Shown: positions 27,960 to 37,293 of the stretch, in pieces
Layout of the letters: each line of letters starts with the position of its first letter
Numbering within the stretch: the stretch's first letter is position 1
Assembly: GCA_023705985.1 (NCBI GenBank)
Contig: BPTO01000002.1
Location: 1 to 55,497, forward strand
Origin: Candidatus Heimdallarchaeota archaeon
Lineage (GTDB): Archaea; Asgardarchaeota; Heimdallarchaeia; Heimdallarchaeales; Heimdallarchaeaceae
Direction: 5' to 3'
DNA: 55,497 bases
Notes under the pieces: model-generated
Database searches by the model: none
What the model was told of the DNA's origin: nothing
What the model saw: only the letters and a program-made list of their open reading frames with translations
Program-made: the position numbers and the translations under genes

Positions 27960-28766
27960 ATGTCTAGTGGAGATAAGGATTCAAAATATGAGCACAAGGT
28001 TCATAGAAAACTAGGAGTGATTTTCCTACTGCTCTCTCTGAACGCTCTTATTTATTATGTTCCTTATCGGAATAATGTCCTTATTGGGAATTTGTTTGGT
28101 ATTTCCTTATGGTTCTACTTTGGTGCCCTTAATGGCATCTTAATTCTCTTAGTCTATCTTTTTGTCAAAGGGGATGTGATTATAAATTTTGAGGACCAAA
28201 AAGTAGTCTTTATTGAGTTTAAAAAGACCAAAGAATGGTTATTTTCAAAATTGTTAGGTGTTTATTTACTTGCACAAGAAGATCGATATATTTTGAGAAT
28301 AAGACCAAAAAGACTCCTTACTATTGATATAAAATTGGGTTTTGAGCAAGCATATGAAATTATGAACAAGTTTGAGAAAGCGGGAATAATATTTGAAACA
28401 GTTAGATCAAATAAGATGAAACGTCTCTCACATCCATTCCCCATATTACTGTCAAAATATGATCAGAAACCTAGCGAGTTCAACCCTGAGATTCCAAATT
28501 GGGATAGAGGAATAACAGTTAGGACAAAATGGATATCCCTTACAATGGCTCCTCTGTTGTACATTATTAGTGCAACGTTAATTATAAGACTTCCATATCT
28601 GCTAGATGGACTAACAACAACTAAGGGAATTGTGAGTTTTATCTACGGTGCTACAGCGTTTTTACTGTTTGATGGAGGATTATACTTGCTATTTGGAATA
28701 TCACTCGTAGTGATATTAGTAAAGCGAATAACAAAAATGGTAGCACATCAATCATCAGGTGAATAA
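27960..28766 (+). CDS. Membrane protein, function unknown (2 TM, a soluble insert, then about 3 TM)
   Basis: Hydrophobicity pattern only. Confidence 0.45.
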   Translation: MSSGDKDSKYEHKVHRKLGVIFLLLSLNALIYYVPYRNNVLIGNLFGISLWFYFGALNGILILLVYLFVKGDVIINFEDQKVVFIEFKKTKEWLFSKLLGVYLLAQEDRYILRIRPKRLLTIDIKLGFEQAYEIMNKFEKAGIIFETVRSNKMKRLSHPFPILLSKYDQKPSEFNPEIPNWDRGITVRTKWISLTMAPLLYIISATLIIRLPYLLDGLTTTKGIVSFIYGATAFLLFDGGLYLLFGISLVVILVKRITKMVAHQSSGE

Positions 28767-28829
28767 AGAGACTTGAAGATTTTGTGTATACAAAGGGAAA
28801 AATTCTTTTTCTATTAATTAAAAGCTATT

Positions 28830-29387
28830 GTGATGAAAGTATTCCACGGTTTAATGGTATCAAGTTCAAGAACACTTGAAAGAAATGCTTCAAGTGAGGT
28901 TTTCTTTTTATTGACTGAAATACTGGGATATACCAATGTAGAGGTGTATCCAATAAAAGAGATATCAGGATTATCAATAGCAAAGTTCGAAGAAAACCCA
29001 ATTATAACACTGAAGAAAATAGAAGAAGTAGTTGAGGAAGATAACGCAGTGTTACAAGTGACATTAAAACTTGTACCTATAGAGTACAGAATTGAAACTA
29101 GCATAGAAGAAATAAGAGAAGCAGCAATAAGCCTAGCACATAGAATAAAAAGTGAAGATACTTGGAAAATAAATCTAAGAAGAAGACATTCACAGCTTAA
29201 AAGAGAAGAAATAATCAGCGCGGTAGCAAGTGAAATAAAGGAAGGAAAAGTGAAAATGGAGAACCCAGATGTGTATGTAATAGTAGAAATTGTAGGAAAA
29301 TGGACATATATGACAGTGTCAAAAAAGGCTGAACTATCACTAGCAATGTACCAAAAAGAAAGAGAAGAAGATGAATTTAGCTTCTAG
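28830..29387 (+). CDS. THUMP domain-containing protein
   Basis: Size and layout of the archaeal stand-alone THUMP proteins: ...TWKINLRRRHSQLKREEIISAVASEI...ENPDVYVIVEIVGKWTYMTV. Confidence 0.6.
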   Translation: MMKVFHGLMVSSSRTLERNASSEVFFLLTEILGYTNVEVYPIKEISGLSIAKFEENPIITLKKIEEVVEEDNAVLQVTLKLVPIEYRIETSIEEIREAAISLAHRIKSEDTWKINLRRRHSQLKREEIISAVASEIKEGKVKMENPDVYVIVEIVGKWTYMTVSKKAELSLAMYQKEREEDEFSF

Positions 29388-29475
29388 TTAGGTTTGAAAA
29401 AAGTAAAAAGAAAAGAAAAAAAAAAGATTGAACTTTGCTTATGTTCTTAGAGGTTTGACAGCTTAGGATAAGACC

Positions 29476-29646
29476 TTAGAGGTCACGTGCGGAAACAGTC
29501 TTACGACCATTTGCTTTAGCACGACCAGCTGCAGCTTTAACGATTATAGCGAGTTTCTCATCAAGAGCTTTGAGGAGATCTCCGCCAACTTTGTAGTCGC
29601 CGAGCTCTTTAATGTATTCTCGTACTTTGCTTTGAACGATCATCAT
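29476..29646 (-). CDS. Small histone-fold-like protein (DUF1931-type), 56 aa; absent from the ORF track
   Basis: The minus-strand ORF encodes MMIVQSKVREYIKELGDYKVGGDLLKALDEKLAIIVKAAAGRAKANGRKTVSARDL. The ...A..AKANGRKTV.ARDL tail mirrors the histone/TAF L2-alpha3 signature. It is locally much GC-richer than its surroundings and falls below the 60-aa cutoff. Confidence 0.7.
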   Translation of the reverse strand: MMIVQSKVREYIKELGDYKVGGDLLKALDEKLAIIVKAAAGRAKANGRKTVSARDL

Positions 29647-30059
29647 TTTTAATCACTTTGTCATTTTACTTGCTCTAGTGCAAGTATGATAAACAATTAT
29701 TTCCCCTTCCTTAAAAACCTTTTCGGTTGTGCTCTTTTTTTTCCTTATTACAACCCTTCTGCATACATTTTGCTATTCTACCCCCCCTCAAACTCTTGTA
29801 TTCTCCTTTTTTTCGTCCTCTCGTTCAAATCCCATATTTAACGGTTGGACATTGGTGTTTTCTCAACAAATAATATTGTATTATTATAAAATATAAGGAA
29901 GGAAAAAATGAAAATGATATCAGTATCATCTATTATTTATTTGAATCCTCGCTCTATCTTTTTATTCTTGTTTTATTTTTTTATTTTCTTCTTTTTGTAT
30001 TTTCTCTACTTCTTCTCTTCCATACTTTTCTATAATTGCATGATTGTACAAAATCGCGT

Positions 30060-31337
30060 TTATAGATGCTCTGTAAGTAGTTTTCCTAGTCTTCTTACTC
30101 CTTCACCTATTAGCTCTTTTTTTAGGAATGAATATCCTATCCTCATCCCTCCTTTTATTACTTTTAGAGGTTTTATTTCTCTTGCTTCCTCATCATATGA
30201 TGACCCTTTTGGTGGATAGAATGCTCCTCCTGGTACTATTAGTACTTCATTTGGGTATAACACTTCTTGGTTAAACTTGTCTACATCGAATGTGTATGCT
30301 TTTTCTCCTTTTGCTTGGAACCAGATGAAAAATCCTCCTGTTGGGTTTGTATATTCCCCTTCCGGAAATGTTTCTACTAGTGCCTTATATGTTATTTCTT
30401 TTTGTTCTTTATATTTTTGGACTATTTTTGGTAGTTCTTCATCAATGTATTTTCTGTAATATACTTCCGCCAGTCTTTGCGTTAATGTTGGCGTGCATAG
30501 ATCTATATATCCTTTCGCTTTTTCTGCCTCTTTAAATAATTCATCCGGTAGAATATTATATCCAATTCTTATTGGTGCTGCTTCTTTAGATGTTGTTGAA
30601 GCATAAATTACGCGAGTGTTATCTTTATCAAATGATTTGATTGGCTTTCTTTTTTCTTCGAATTGTATTTCTTTATAGGCTTGATCTTCTAAAATCATCA
30701 CGTCATACTGTTCTGCGATATTAAACAAGGCTTCTCTCCTCTTAACAGGTAGGGTTGTTCCTTTTGGATTATCGCTATCGCTTACAACATAAAGGAGTTT
30801 AACCTTTTTTCCAAATCCTTCTTCAGCTTTAACTATGGTATTTTCAACATATTCTGGGATTAAACCATATTCATCAGTAGGTGCTGTCACAACGTGTCCT
30901 CCCACCTTTACACAAGCTGTTACAAACCCTAAATATGCAGGGCTAGGTGTTATGATTATATCTCCTTTGTTAATAAGAATATCAAGAACAAGATATGTAC
31001 CCTGTTGAGATCCTGTTGAAATAAACACTTTTTCATAGTCTTGTTCGCCACTTATACCTGGGATTTTATCTCTTTTTGCTAGTCTTTCTGCTAAAACTTT
31101 TTGAAGACCAGGGTGACCAGCGGTAGGGCCATATTGAAACTCATTGATTACATTTTGCTCATCAGAATCATAATAATCAGCTAATTCTCTTAATATCTCT
31201 GGAAAAATTTTAGTAGGCAGGTTTCCTGGAAGTCCTCCTGCAAGGTAATATTTTGTTTTTTGCTTCAAGAGTTTTCTAATTTCACTTTCTGGTACTTCAC
31301 TTGTCCATTCTGCTAGTATCGTTCTTATTGGGTCCAT
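30060..31337 (-). CDS. PLP-dependent aminotransferase, class I/II (Aro8/LysN-like)
   Basis: YGPTAGHPGL, the aminotransferase fold pattern, and the PLP Lys region YASTTSKEAAPIRIGY. Confidence 0.8.
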   Translation of the reverse strand: MDPIRTILAEWTSEVPESEIRKLLKQKTKYYLAGGLPGNLPTKIFPEILRELADYYDSDEQNVINEFQYGPTAGHPGLQKVLAERLAKRDKIPGISGEQDYEKVFISTGSQQGTYLVLDILINKGDIIITPSPAYLGFVTACVKVGGHVVTAPTDEYGLIPEYVENTIVKAEEGFGKKVKLLYVVSDSDNPKGTTLPVKRREALFNIAEQYDVMILEDQAYKEIQFEEKRKPIKSFDKDNTRVIYASTTSKEAAPIRIGYNILPDELFKEAEKAKGYIDLCTPTLTQRLAEVYYRKYIDEELPKIVQKYKEQKEITYKALVETFPEGEYTNPTGGFFIWFQAKGEKAYTFDVDKFNQEVLYPNEVLIVPGGAFYPPKGSSYDEEAREIKPLKVIKGGMRIGYSFLKKELIGEGVRRLGKLLTEHL

Positions 31338-31486
31338 TTAATAAGCTCTCCAATTAATTATTTCTACTTCAATTGTAATAGGAAAAGAAAGTTTATCTAA
31401 AAAACTTTCGCAATTGATACGTAATAAAACAATATAATAATATGGGAGTCCGATATATTTTTGTATTTTCAAACTAATAAGCACTT

Positions 31487-32656
31487 ATGAAAAAAATAAA
31501 AGTTGCTATCGTAGGAGGAGGGCCTGCAGGTTTGACAGCAGCTTTAACTCTTTCAAAGAGAGGAATTTCTCCTATTGTTTTTGAAGAACATTCTTCTATA
31601 GGTCAACCAATTCAATGTGGTGAAGGAGTCAGTATTGGTGCTTTTGAAGATTTGTCACTTTCTCCTAAGAAATGCGATTTTGTGGTTAGGGATTTCAAAG
31701 ACGCTAAAATACACTTTCCCTCTAATACACAAATTTATGGTGACATTCATTCGTTCATGATTAAAAGAGATGAGTTTGATAGTTATTTAGCAGAGAAAGC
31801 TATTGAAAATGGGAGTGAAATTCGATTATCAAGCAAGATTATTGAACTTAAAAGAAAAAAAGAACATATTGAACTGGTCGTTTCAGGAAATAGCAAAGAG
31901 CATTACGAATGCGAATATGTCATATTAGCAGAAGGATCAAGAGCTAATTTAGCTAGAAGTATGGGTTTTGACACACCTATCTCAATTAGAGCGTTTGAGT
32001 ACAAGATTAAGGGTGAATGGGGAGACGATTTAAAGTTCTATTTTGATGCAAAAAGAAGCCCCTATGGGTATTGTTGGATTTTTCCTCGAGATAATGAAAC
32101 TAACGTTGGAATTGTAACAACCGCTCAAAACAGGAAAGAGCGATTAGACAATTTTCTCAAAGAATGTAATATACAAAGAGATATTCTCAAAAAAGTCGGT
32201 GGTATTATTCCAATGAAGGGACCTGTTAACAAATTGCATGGTGACAGAATATTGTTAGTAGGTGATACAGCAGGGATGGTTAACCCTCTTTTTTATGGTG
32301 GTATTCGCTTAGGAATGACTAGCGGTAGAATTGCGGGTGAATTCTTATCCACTGTGCTTTTATATGGCGAAAAAGCGCAAATTTCTGATCTTGGAGATTA
32401 TCAAAAAAATCTTCAGAAATATAAATTTATGAGCACACTGAATTTGAAATGCCACGAGTTTTTTTATAGCTGTTCGAATGCTGTCTTAGCAAAGATAGGC
32501 AAAGTTTTCAATAAACAGTATATTAACCGCATTGAAGGTATAAGAATTCTAAAAACTCTAGCTAAAATTTCCACGAAACCTTCCTTATTGTTTCATCCTG
32601 TGGGCTTATATTATCTGTATAGGGGTTTCAAAATTGCTCGTGATTGGGGATTTTAG
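31487..32656 (+). CDS. Geranylgeranyl reductase family flavoprotein
   Basis: VAIVGGGPAGLTAAL dinucleotide fold, GYCWIFPR and LLVGDTAGMVNPLFYGGI. Confidence 0.85.
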   Translation: MKKIKVAIVGGGPAGLTAALTLSKRGISPIVFEEHSSIGQPIQCGEGVSIGAFEDLSLSPKKCDFVVRDFKDAKIHFPSNTQIYGDIHSFMIKRDEFDSYLAEKAIENGSEIRLSSKIIELKRKKEHIELVVSGNSKEHYECEYVILAEGSRANLARSMGFDTPISIRAFEYKIKGEWGDDLKFYFDAKRSPYGYCWIFPRDNETNVGIVTTAQNRKERLDNFLKECNIQRDILKKVGGIIPMKGPVNKLHGDRILLVGDTAGMVNPLFYGGIRLGMTSGRIAGEFLSTVLLYGEKAQISDLGDYQKNLQKYKFMSTLNLKCHEFFYSCSNAVLAKIGKVFNKQYINRIEGIRILKTLAKISTKPSLLFHPVGLYYLYRGFKIARDWGF

Positions 32657-32678
32657 TGACATAAAACAAAAATGTTAA

Positions 32679-32906
32679 ATGCTCAAGAAGGAATTTGAGA
32701 ATGAGGTGCTCAAGATACTAATACCCGTTCGCTGTTTCTCTTGTGGTACATTGATTGGAGATAAGTTTGAAGTTTTTAGTAAACGTGTTGAAGAAGGAGA
32801 AAAACCCGACAAAGTGTTGGATGATTTACAGGTTAAAAGATGGTGCTGTCGTCGAATGATAATCTCTCATATCGACCTAATTGATGAATTCCTCCCCTTT
32901 ACATAA
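32679..32906 (+). CDS. rpo10: DNA-directed RNA polymerase subunit Rpo10 (RpoN)
   Basis: [17 protein letters not shown]...RWCCRRM. The ORF carries an unusual N-terminal extension of about 12 aa, so the real start may be the in-frame GTG at 32706. Confidence 0.9.
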   Translation: MLKKEFENEVLKILIPVRCFSCGTLIGDKFEVFSKRVEEGEKPDKVLDDLQVKRWCCRRMIISHIDLIDEFLPFT

Positions 32907-33019
32907 TAAGAATTTTCTTCAACGAACTGAAAGAACAGAAGGTTTTTATTGAAATTGTTTGAGCTCTTACTGCCCACAGTGAGGTAAATAATATCCATTT
33001 AAGTATATGAGGACTAGAA

Positions 33020-33655
33020 ATGTCTGAGGAAACAGAAGTAACTCAAGATGAAAAACAACTACTGATACCCAGAGATGAATATTTAGTAAGTGGTATTCAC
33101 ATTGGTACAAGTGTGTGCACAAGCTTTATGGAGCCTTTTCAATACAGAATTAGATCTGATGGGATTTATGTTTTAGATGTAAATTCAACAGATGATAGAG
33201 TCAGAATAGCAGCAAAATTTCTAGCTCGTTTCGAGTCTTCTAAGGTTGCAGTTTTTGCTACTAGACAATATGCTTCTGTTCCAAGCACTAAAATGGCTCG
33301 TCTTTGCGGTTTTACTGTAGTTCCCGGACGTTTCATACCAGGGACTCTTACCAATCCTTCTTACGATAAATATATCGAACCTGATGCTGTAATTCTCACA
33401 GATCCAAGAGCAGACAAACAAGCTTTAACAGAGGCTGCTTCTAGAGGTATTCCTACTGTTGCTTTATGTGATACAGATAATATCACAACCTATGTTGATT
33501 TTGTTCTCCCAGTTAATAACAAAGGACGAAAATCTTTAGCGCAAGTGTATTACCTTCTAACTAGACAAATATTAAGAGAACGTGGAGAATTAGGTGAAAC
33601 AGAGGATTTGAAAGAAACTGTTGAAGATTTCTCTTTCAAATTGCTAAAAAGCTGA
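33020..33655 (+). CDS. rps2: Ribosomal protein uS2
   Basis: LLIPRDEYLVSGIHIGTS, DGIYVLDV, ILTDPRADKQALTEA and IPTVALCDTDN. Confidence 0.95.
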   Translation: MSEETEVTQDEKQLLIPRDEYLVSGIHIGTSVCTSFMEPFQYRIRSDGIYVLDVNSTDDRVRIAAKFLARFESSKVAVFATRQYASVPSTKMARLCGFTVVPGRFIPGTLTNPSYDKYIEPDAVILTDPRADKQALTEAASRGIPTVALCDTDNITTYVDFVLPVNNKGRKSLAQVYYLLTRQILRERGELGETEDLKETVEDFSFKLLKS

Positions 33656-33731
33656 TATTTTATCCTTTTTGCTTCTTATTTTATTTAATTTAAACCAATT
33701 TTTTTATAATGGTTAATGTTTTTGTTTTCAT

Positions 33732-34706
33732 ATGAATAGTAGCAGAATAACCTATACTGCTCCGGGTAAGATAATATTATTTGGAGAGCATGCAGTTGTT
33801 TATGGTTATCCTGCATTAGCTATAGCAATTGATAGAAGGGCGAAATGCACTGTTTCGAGCTACTTATCAGATGAAGAAGATGTTGTGTTATCAACAAATC
33901 TTTTTCCAGGTAAGAAGTTTTTAGTTTCCAGTAAAGAATCTTTTCCCTCTTCTTTACAAGCTGTTCTTTTTTTAATAAAAAAACTAACTGACAACTTCCA
34001 ATCGAACATCTCGCTACAAATTGACATTAGCTCATCAATACCTTCTTCATCAGGTTTAGGTTCAAGTGCAGCTGTTTCTGTGGCTTTAACTAATTCTCTT
34101 TCATCTTTCTTGGGAAGAAACTACTCTTTAGAAGATGTAAACAAAATAGCTTTTGAAGCTGAAAAAATCCAACATGGGCAACCAAGCGGTATTGACAATA
34201 ACGTCTCAACTTATGGTGGATCTATTCTTTATCAAAAAGGATTAATGGAACAAGTAACTGTTGATGATATTTCTGGATTCTGGGTTATTGCAAATAGTAT
34301 GGTAGAGAGAAATACCAAAGATATAGTTGCAAATGTTCAAAAAAATTACAAAAGAAAGCAAGAAAAGACAGAAGAAATTTTCCACTCAATCCATAGTATT
34401 GTTATTAGAGGAAAGGAATATATCAAACAAAATAAGCTTGATGAAATCGGTGAACTAATGAACGAAAACCAGACCCTCTTAGAACAATTAGGTGTGGGTC
34501 ATTCTAAATTGACAGACTTATTGTTGATACTTAAGAAAAATGGTTCTATGGGTGAAAAACTCACAGGTGCTGGTGGTGGTGGATGTGTTGTTGGGTTATT
34601 TGACAACATTAAAGATGCTCATTCATCTATGAAAAATATTAAGAAAAAAGGATATCAAGCTTTTACTGCAAAACATACAAAAATTGGTGTTACAATAGAT
34701 GAGTAA
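33732..34706 (+). CDS. mvk: Mevalonate kinase
   Basis: APGKIILFGEHAVVYG, GLGSSAAVSVA and KLTGAGGGGCVV (GHMP kinase motifs). Confidence 0.9.
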   Translation: MNSSRITYTAPGKIILFGEHAVVYGYPALAIAIDRRAKCTVSSYLSDEEDVVLSTNLFPGKKFLVSSKESFPSSLQAVLFLIKKLTDNFQSNISLQIDISSSIPSSSGLGSSAAVSVALTNSLSSFLGRNYSLEDVNKIAFEAEKIQHGQPSGIDNNVSTYGGSILYQKGLMEQVTVDDISGFWVIANSMVERNTKDIVANVQKNYKRKQEKTEEIFHSIHSIVIRGKEYIKQNKLDEIGELMNENQTLLEQLGVGHSKLTDLLLILKKNGSMGEKLTGAGGGGCVVGLFDNIKDAHSSMKNIKKKGYQAFTAKHTKIGVTIDE

Positions 34707-35496
34707 AAAGATTGACATAATAAAGTTAGGTGGATCTGTAATCACAAATAAATCTGAATATGCTTCTCTCAAGGATGAAATTTTGAAACAAATTTGTACT
34801 GAAATTGGAAGATGGGGGAAAAACTGTATTATAGTTCATGGTGCGGGTTCTTTTGGTCATATAATCGCGGAGAAACATGATATAATTTCAGGATATAAAG
34901 ATGAATCACAGCTTAAAGGATTGCTCCAGATTCGGGAAGATATGCTAAAGCTTAATCGAAGTGTAGTAAAAAATTTATGTGATCAGGGTTTACAAGCATT
35001 AAGTTTTCAAACTAGTGCTTTAGCTTATTTGGATTCAGAAAAAAAACACCAAAAGATTTTCCTACAGCCTATTGAAAAGGCTTTTTCTCTTGGGTTGACC
35101 CCTGTATTATACGGAGATATTTGTTTTGATGAAAACAATTCTTTCACAATTCTTAGTGGTGATACATTGATTAATCTTTTATCTCAAAAATTATCTATAA
35201 ATCGAGTAATCTTTGTAACTGATGTAGATGGTTTGTGGGGAGAAAAACCTGAATCAGATGAAACATTTTTAATTGAAAAAGCAACTATATCCGAGCTTCA
35301 AGACTTAAAATTTGTTGAGATTATAAATAATCAAACTATAGATGTAACAGGAAATATGATAGGGAAAATTTCTTCCATCTTTCATATGCTAAATAATGTG
35401 GAAAAGGTTCAGATTGTCAATGGATTGGTTAAAAATCGACTGTTGAGATTATTAAACAACGAAGAAACAAAGTGTACAACATTGACAAAAGAGTAA
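34699..35496 (+). CDS. ipk: Isopentenyl phosphate kinase
   Basis: IIKLGGSVITNK, IVHGAGSFGH and ILSGD...VTDVDG (amino-acid-kinase fold). It overlaps mvk by 8 nt. Confidence 0.85.
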   Translation: MSKKIDIIKLGGSVITNKSEYASLKDEILKQICTEIGRWGKNCIIVHGAGSFGHIIAEKHDIISGYKDESQLKGLLQIREDMLKLNRSVVKNLCDQGLQALSFQTSALAYLDSEKKHQKIFLQPIEKAFSLGLTPVLYGDICFDENNSFTILSGDTLINLLSQKLSINRVIFVTDVDGLWGEKPESDETFLIEKATISELQDLKFVEIINNQTIDVTGNMIGKISSIFHMLNNVEKVQIVNGLVKNRLLRLLNNEETKCTTLTKE

Positions 35497-35566
35497 AAAA
35501 TCCCCGATGAAGAACTCGTTAAAGGTAATTCTTTTAAATTCAACAAATTCTCGTCTCTTAATAATG

Positions 35567-35603
35567 ACCTTATGATGGAATTCTTTTCGAATTCCTGAGG
35601 TGA
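35567..35603 (+). promoter_or_regulatory. k-turn (box C/D-like) hairpin in the L7Ae 5' leader, overlapping the Shine-Dalgarno sequence
   Basis: AUGAUGG (35572..35578) and CUGA (35595..35598) flank a perfect 7-bp stem GGAAUUC/GAAUUCC with a UUUUC loop. This gives tandem G.A/A.G pairs plus U.U exactly as in a C/D motif. The 3' flank GGUGA is the RBS and can pair with ACC at 35567..35569. Confidence 0.6.
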
Positions 35604-35609
35604 AAAAAT

Positions 35610-35969
35610 ATGTACAAAAAAATCGATTTACCCGAAGAGCTCGTTAAAGAGTCATTGAATGTTTTGGAATCTTCTATTAGAACAGGTAAAATTAGGAAAG
35701 GAACAAATGAAGTTACTAAAGCAATAGAACGACAAACTGCCCTTTTAGTTTATATTGCTGAAGATGTTTCCCCTCCTGAAATCGTTATGCATTTACCACT
35801 TTTATGTGAAGAGAAAAAAATCCCCTATACTTTTGTCCCATCAAAAGAAGGACTTGGAGATGCTGCTGGATTAAAGATAGGTTCTGCATCGATAGCAATT
35901 GTAGACGCTGGGGAAGAGAAAATGTCTCTCACAAACTTAACAAACAAAATAGAAGAACTGAAGAAATAA
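35610..35969 (+). CDS. rpl7ae: Ribosomal protein L7Ae (k-turn binding)
   Basis: RKGTNEVTKAIERQTALLVYIAEDVSPPEIVMHLPLLCEEKKIPY. Confidence 0.95.
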   Translation: MYKKIDLPEELVKESLNVLESSIRTGKIRKGTNEVTKAIERQTALLVYIAEDVSPPEIVMHLPLLCEEKKIPYTFVPSKEGLGDAAGLKIGSASIAIVDAGEEKMSLTNLTNKIEELKK

Positions 35970-35982
35970 CTGGTGAAGAATA

Positions 35983-36207
35983 ATGAGCAAAGCGACTTAT
36001 GGTGATGAAGCTACTCCAGCTGAAGTAATTCAAGTACTCAACCGTACTGGTAGCGTTGGAGAAGTTATTCAAGCAAGAGTTAAAGTTCTCGAAGGTAGAG
36101 ATAAAAATCGTATCTTAACGAGAAACTTGAAAGGTCCCGTACGAAAAGGAGATATCATAATGCTAAGAGAAACAGAGCGGGAAGCTAAGAAAATTAGAAA
36201 ACGTTAA
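35983..36207 (+). CDS. rps28e: Ribosomal protein S28e
   Basis: [56 protein letters not shown]. Confidence 0.95.
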   Translation: MSKATYGDEATPAEVIQVLNRTGSVGEVIQARVKVLEGRDKNRILTRNLKGPVRKGDIIMLRETEREAKKIRKR

Positions 36208-36219
36208 GGTGATGAAAAC

Positions 36220-36408
36220 ATGGTTAATATACGAAAATGCTCATTTTGTGGAAAAGAATACAACCAAGGTTACGGTATGATTTATGTTCAAAGATCCGGC
36301 TCAGTGTTGAACTTCTGTTCAAATAAGTGCAAAAAATCTCAATTAAAATTAAAACGAGATCCAAAGAAGTTGAAGTGGAGTGCAAAATACGAGAGAAAAA
36401 TTTTGTAA
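36220..36408 (+). CDS. rpl24e: Ribosomal protein L24e
   Basis: RKCSFCGKEYNQGYGMIYVQRSGSVLNFCSNKCKK. Confidence 0.95.
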   Translation: MVNIRKCSFCGKEYNQGYGMIYVQRSGSVLNFCSNKCKKSQLKLKRDPKKLKWSAKYERKIL

Positions 36409-36508
36409 ACATTCCCTTTTTTCTCCATTTCATTTTTATTCTTACAACCAATTTGTTTTTAATTACTTATTCAAGAAATATTTCAGTTTCAGTTTCACGG
36501 TGACATAA

Positions 36509-36958
36509 ATGGAAAGAGAATTTATAATGATAAAACCTGATGGTGTCCAGAGAGGTTTAGTTGGAGATGTTGTGAAAAGAATCGAAAATGTGGGTTTCAA
36601 AATAATTGGAATGAAGCTACTCAAAGTATCTTTAAAGCAAGCTGAACAACATTATGCGATTCATAAAGAGCAACCATTCTATGATGATTTATTAGGGCAT
36701 ATAACATGTGGTCCTGTTGTAGCAATGGTTGTTGAGGGTAAGGATGCGGTTAGGGTTACAAGAAAAATTGTTGGAGCTACTAATCCTATTGATGCAGTCC
36801 CCGGCTCTATTCGAGGCGACTTTGCATTAGAAATCGGTAGAAATATTATTCATGCTGGCGATTCTCCAGAAAATGCCATTTATGAATATAAAATCTATTT
36901 TAATGAAGAGGAATTTGTAGAGTATAATAAAATAGATGAAAGATGGCTTTACGAATAA
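36509..36958 (+). CDS. ndk: Nucleoside diphosphate kinase
   Basis: EREFIMIKPDGVQRGLVG, GPVVAMVVEG, GSIRGDF and NIIHAGDS (catalytic His). Confidence 0.95.
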   Translation: MEREFIMIKPDGVQRGLVGDVVKRIENVGFKIIGMKLLKVSLKQAEQHYAIHKEQPFYDDLLGHITCGPVVAMVVEGKDAVRVTRKIVGATNPIDAVPGSIRGDFALEIGRNIIHAGDSPENAIYEYKIYFNEEEFVEYNKIDERWLYE

Positions 36959-37293
36959 ACTATTCTTTATTTCACTATTTTACCTATTTACTTCTTCTTT
37001 GCAAATATTTTGCTCCCTTTCAGTAGAATGAGTATATCTATTAATTCTCCACTAATATACTGATTCTCCTATCGATAATTATAGAATTAAAAACAAGATC
37101 TTTTGGATCTCTAAAAAAACAATATTTAATTCACTTTTCTGGAAGAGAAATACAATAACCCTTAGTTTTAGGTTAAAGTTTTTCTCTATTGAACCAATTT
37201 CTTTTTATTTCAATCCTCTCGAAAGAGTGTGAGAATATTGTAAGCATTACTGGAGCTCAATAATAACAAACTGAGAAGATTAAAGGGATAATT

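Noticed and set aside
29647-30219. ORF 29908..30219 (+) and the 413-bp pyrimidine-rich spacer 29647..30059
   Set aside because: The ORF is poly-Phe/Leu/Ser low complexity and overlaps the 3' end of the well-supported aminotransferase gene on the other strand. I found no credible short ORF on either strand of the spacer and only weak hairpins (GGTTGT/ACAACC near 29724..29753). It is probably promoter/terminator DNA, although an ncRNA cannot be excluded without expression data.
36959-37293. Possible box C/D sRNA in the 335-bp spacer before aIF5B (ATGAGTA ... CTGA about 35 nt apart)
   Set aside because: The C-box candidate deviates from RUGAUGA at key positions. There are no C'/D' boxes or terminal stem, and only one small hairpin (AGATC-TTTTG-GATCT) is present.
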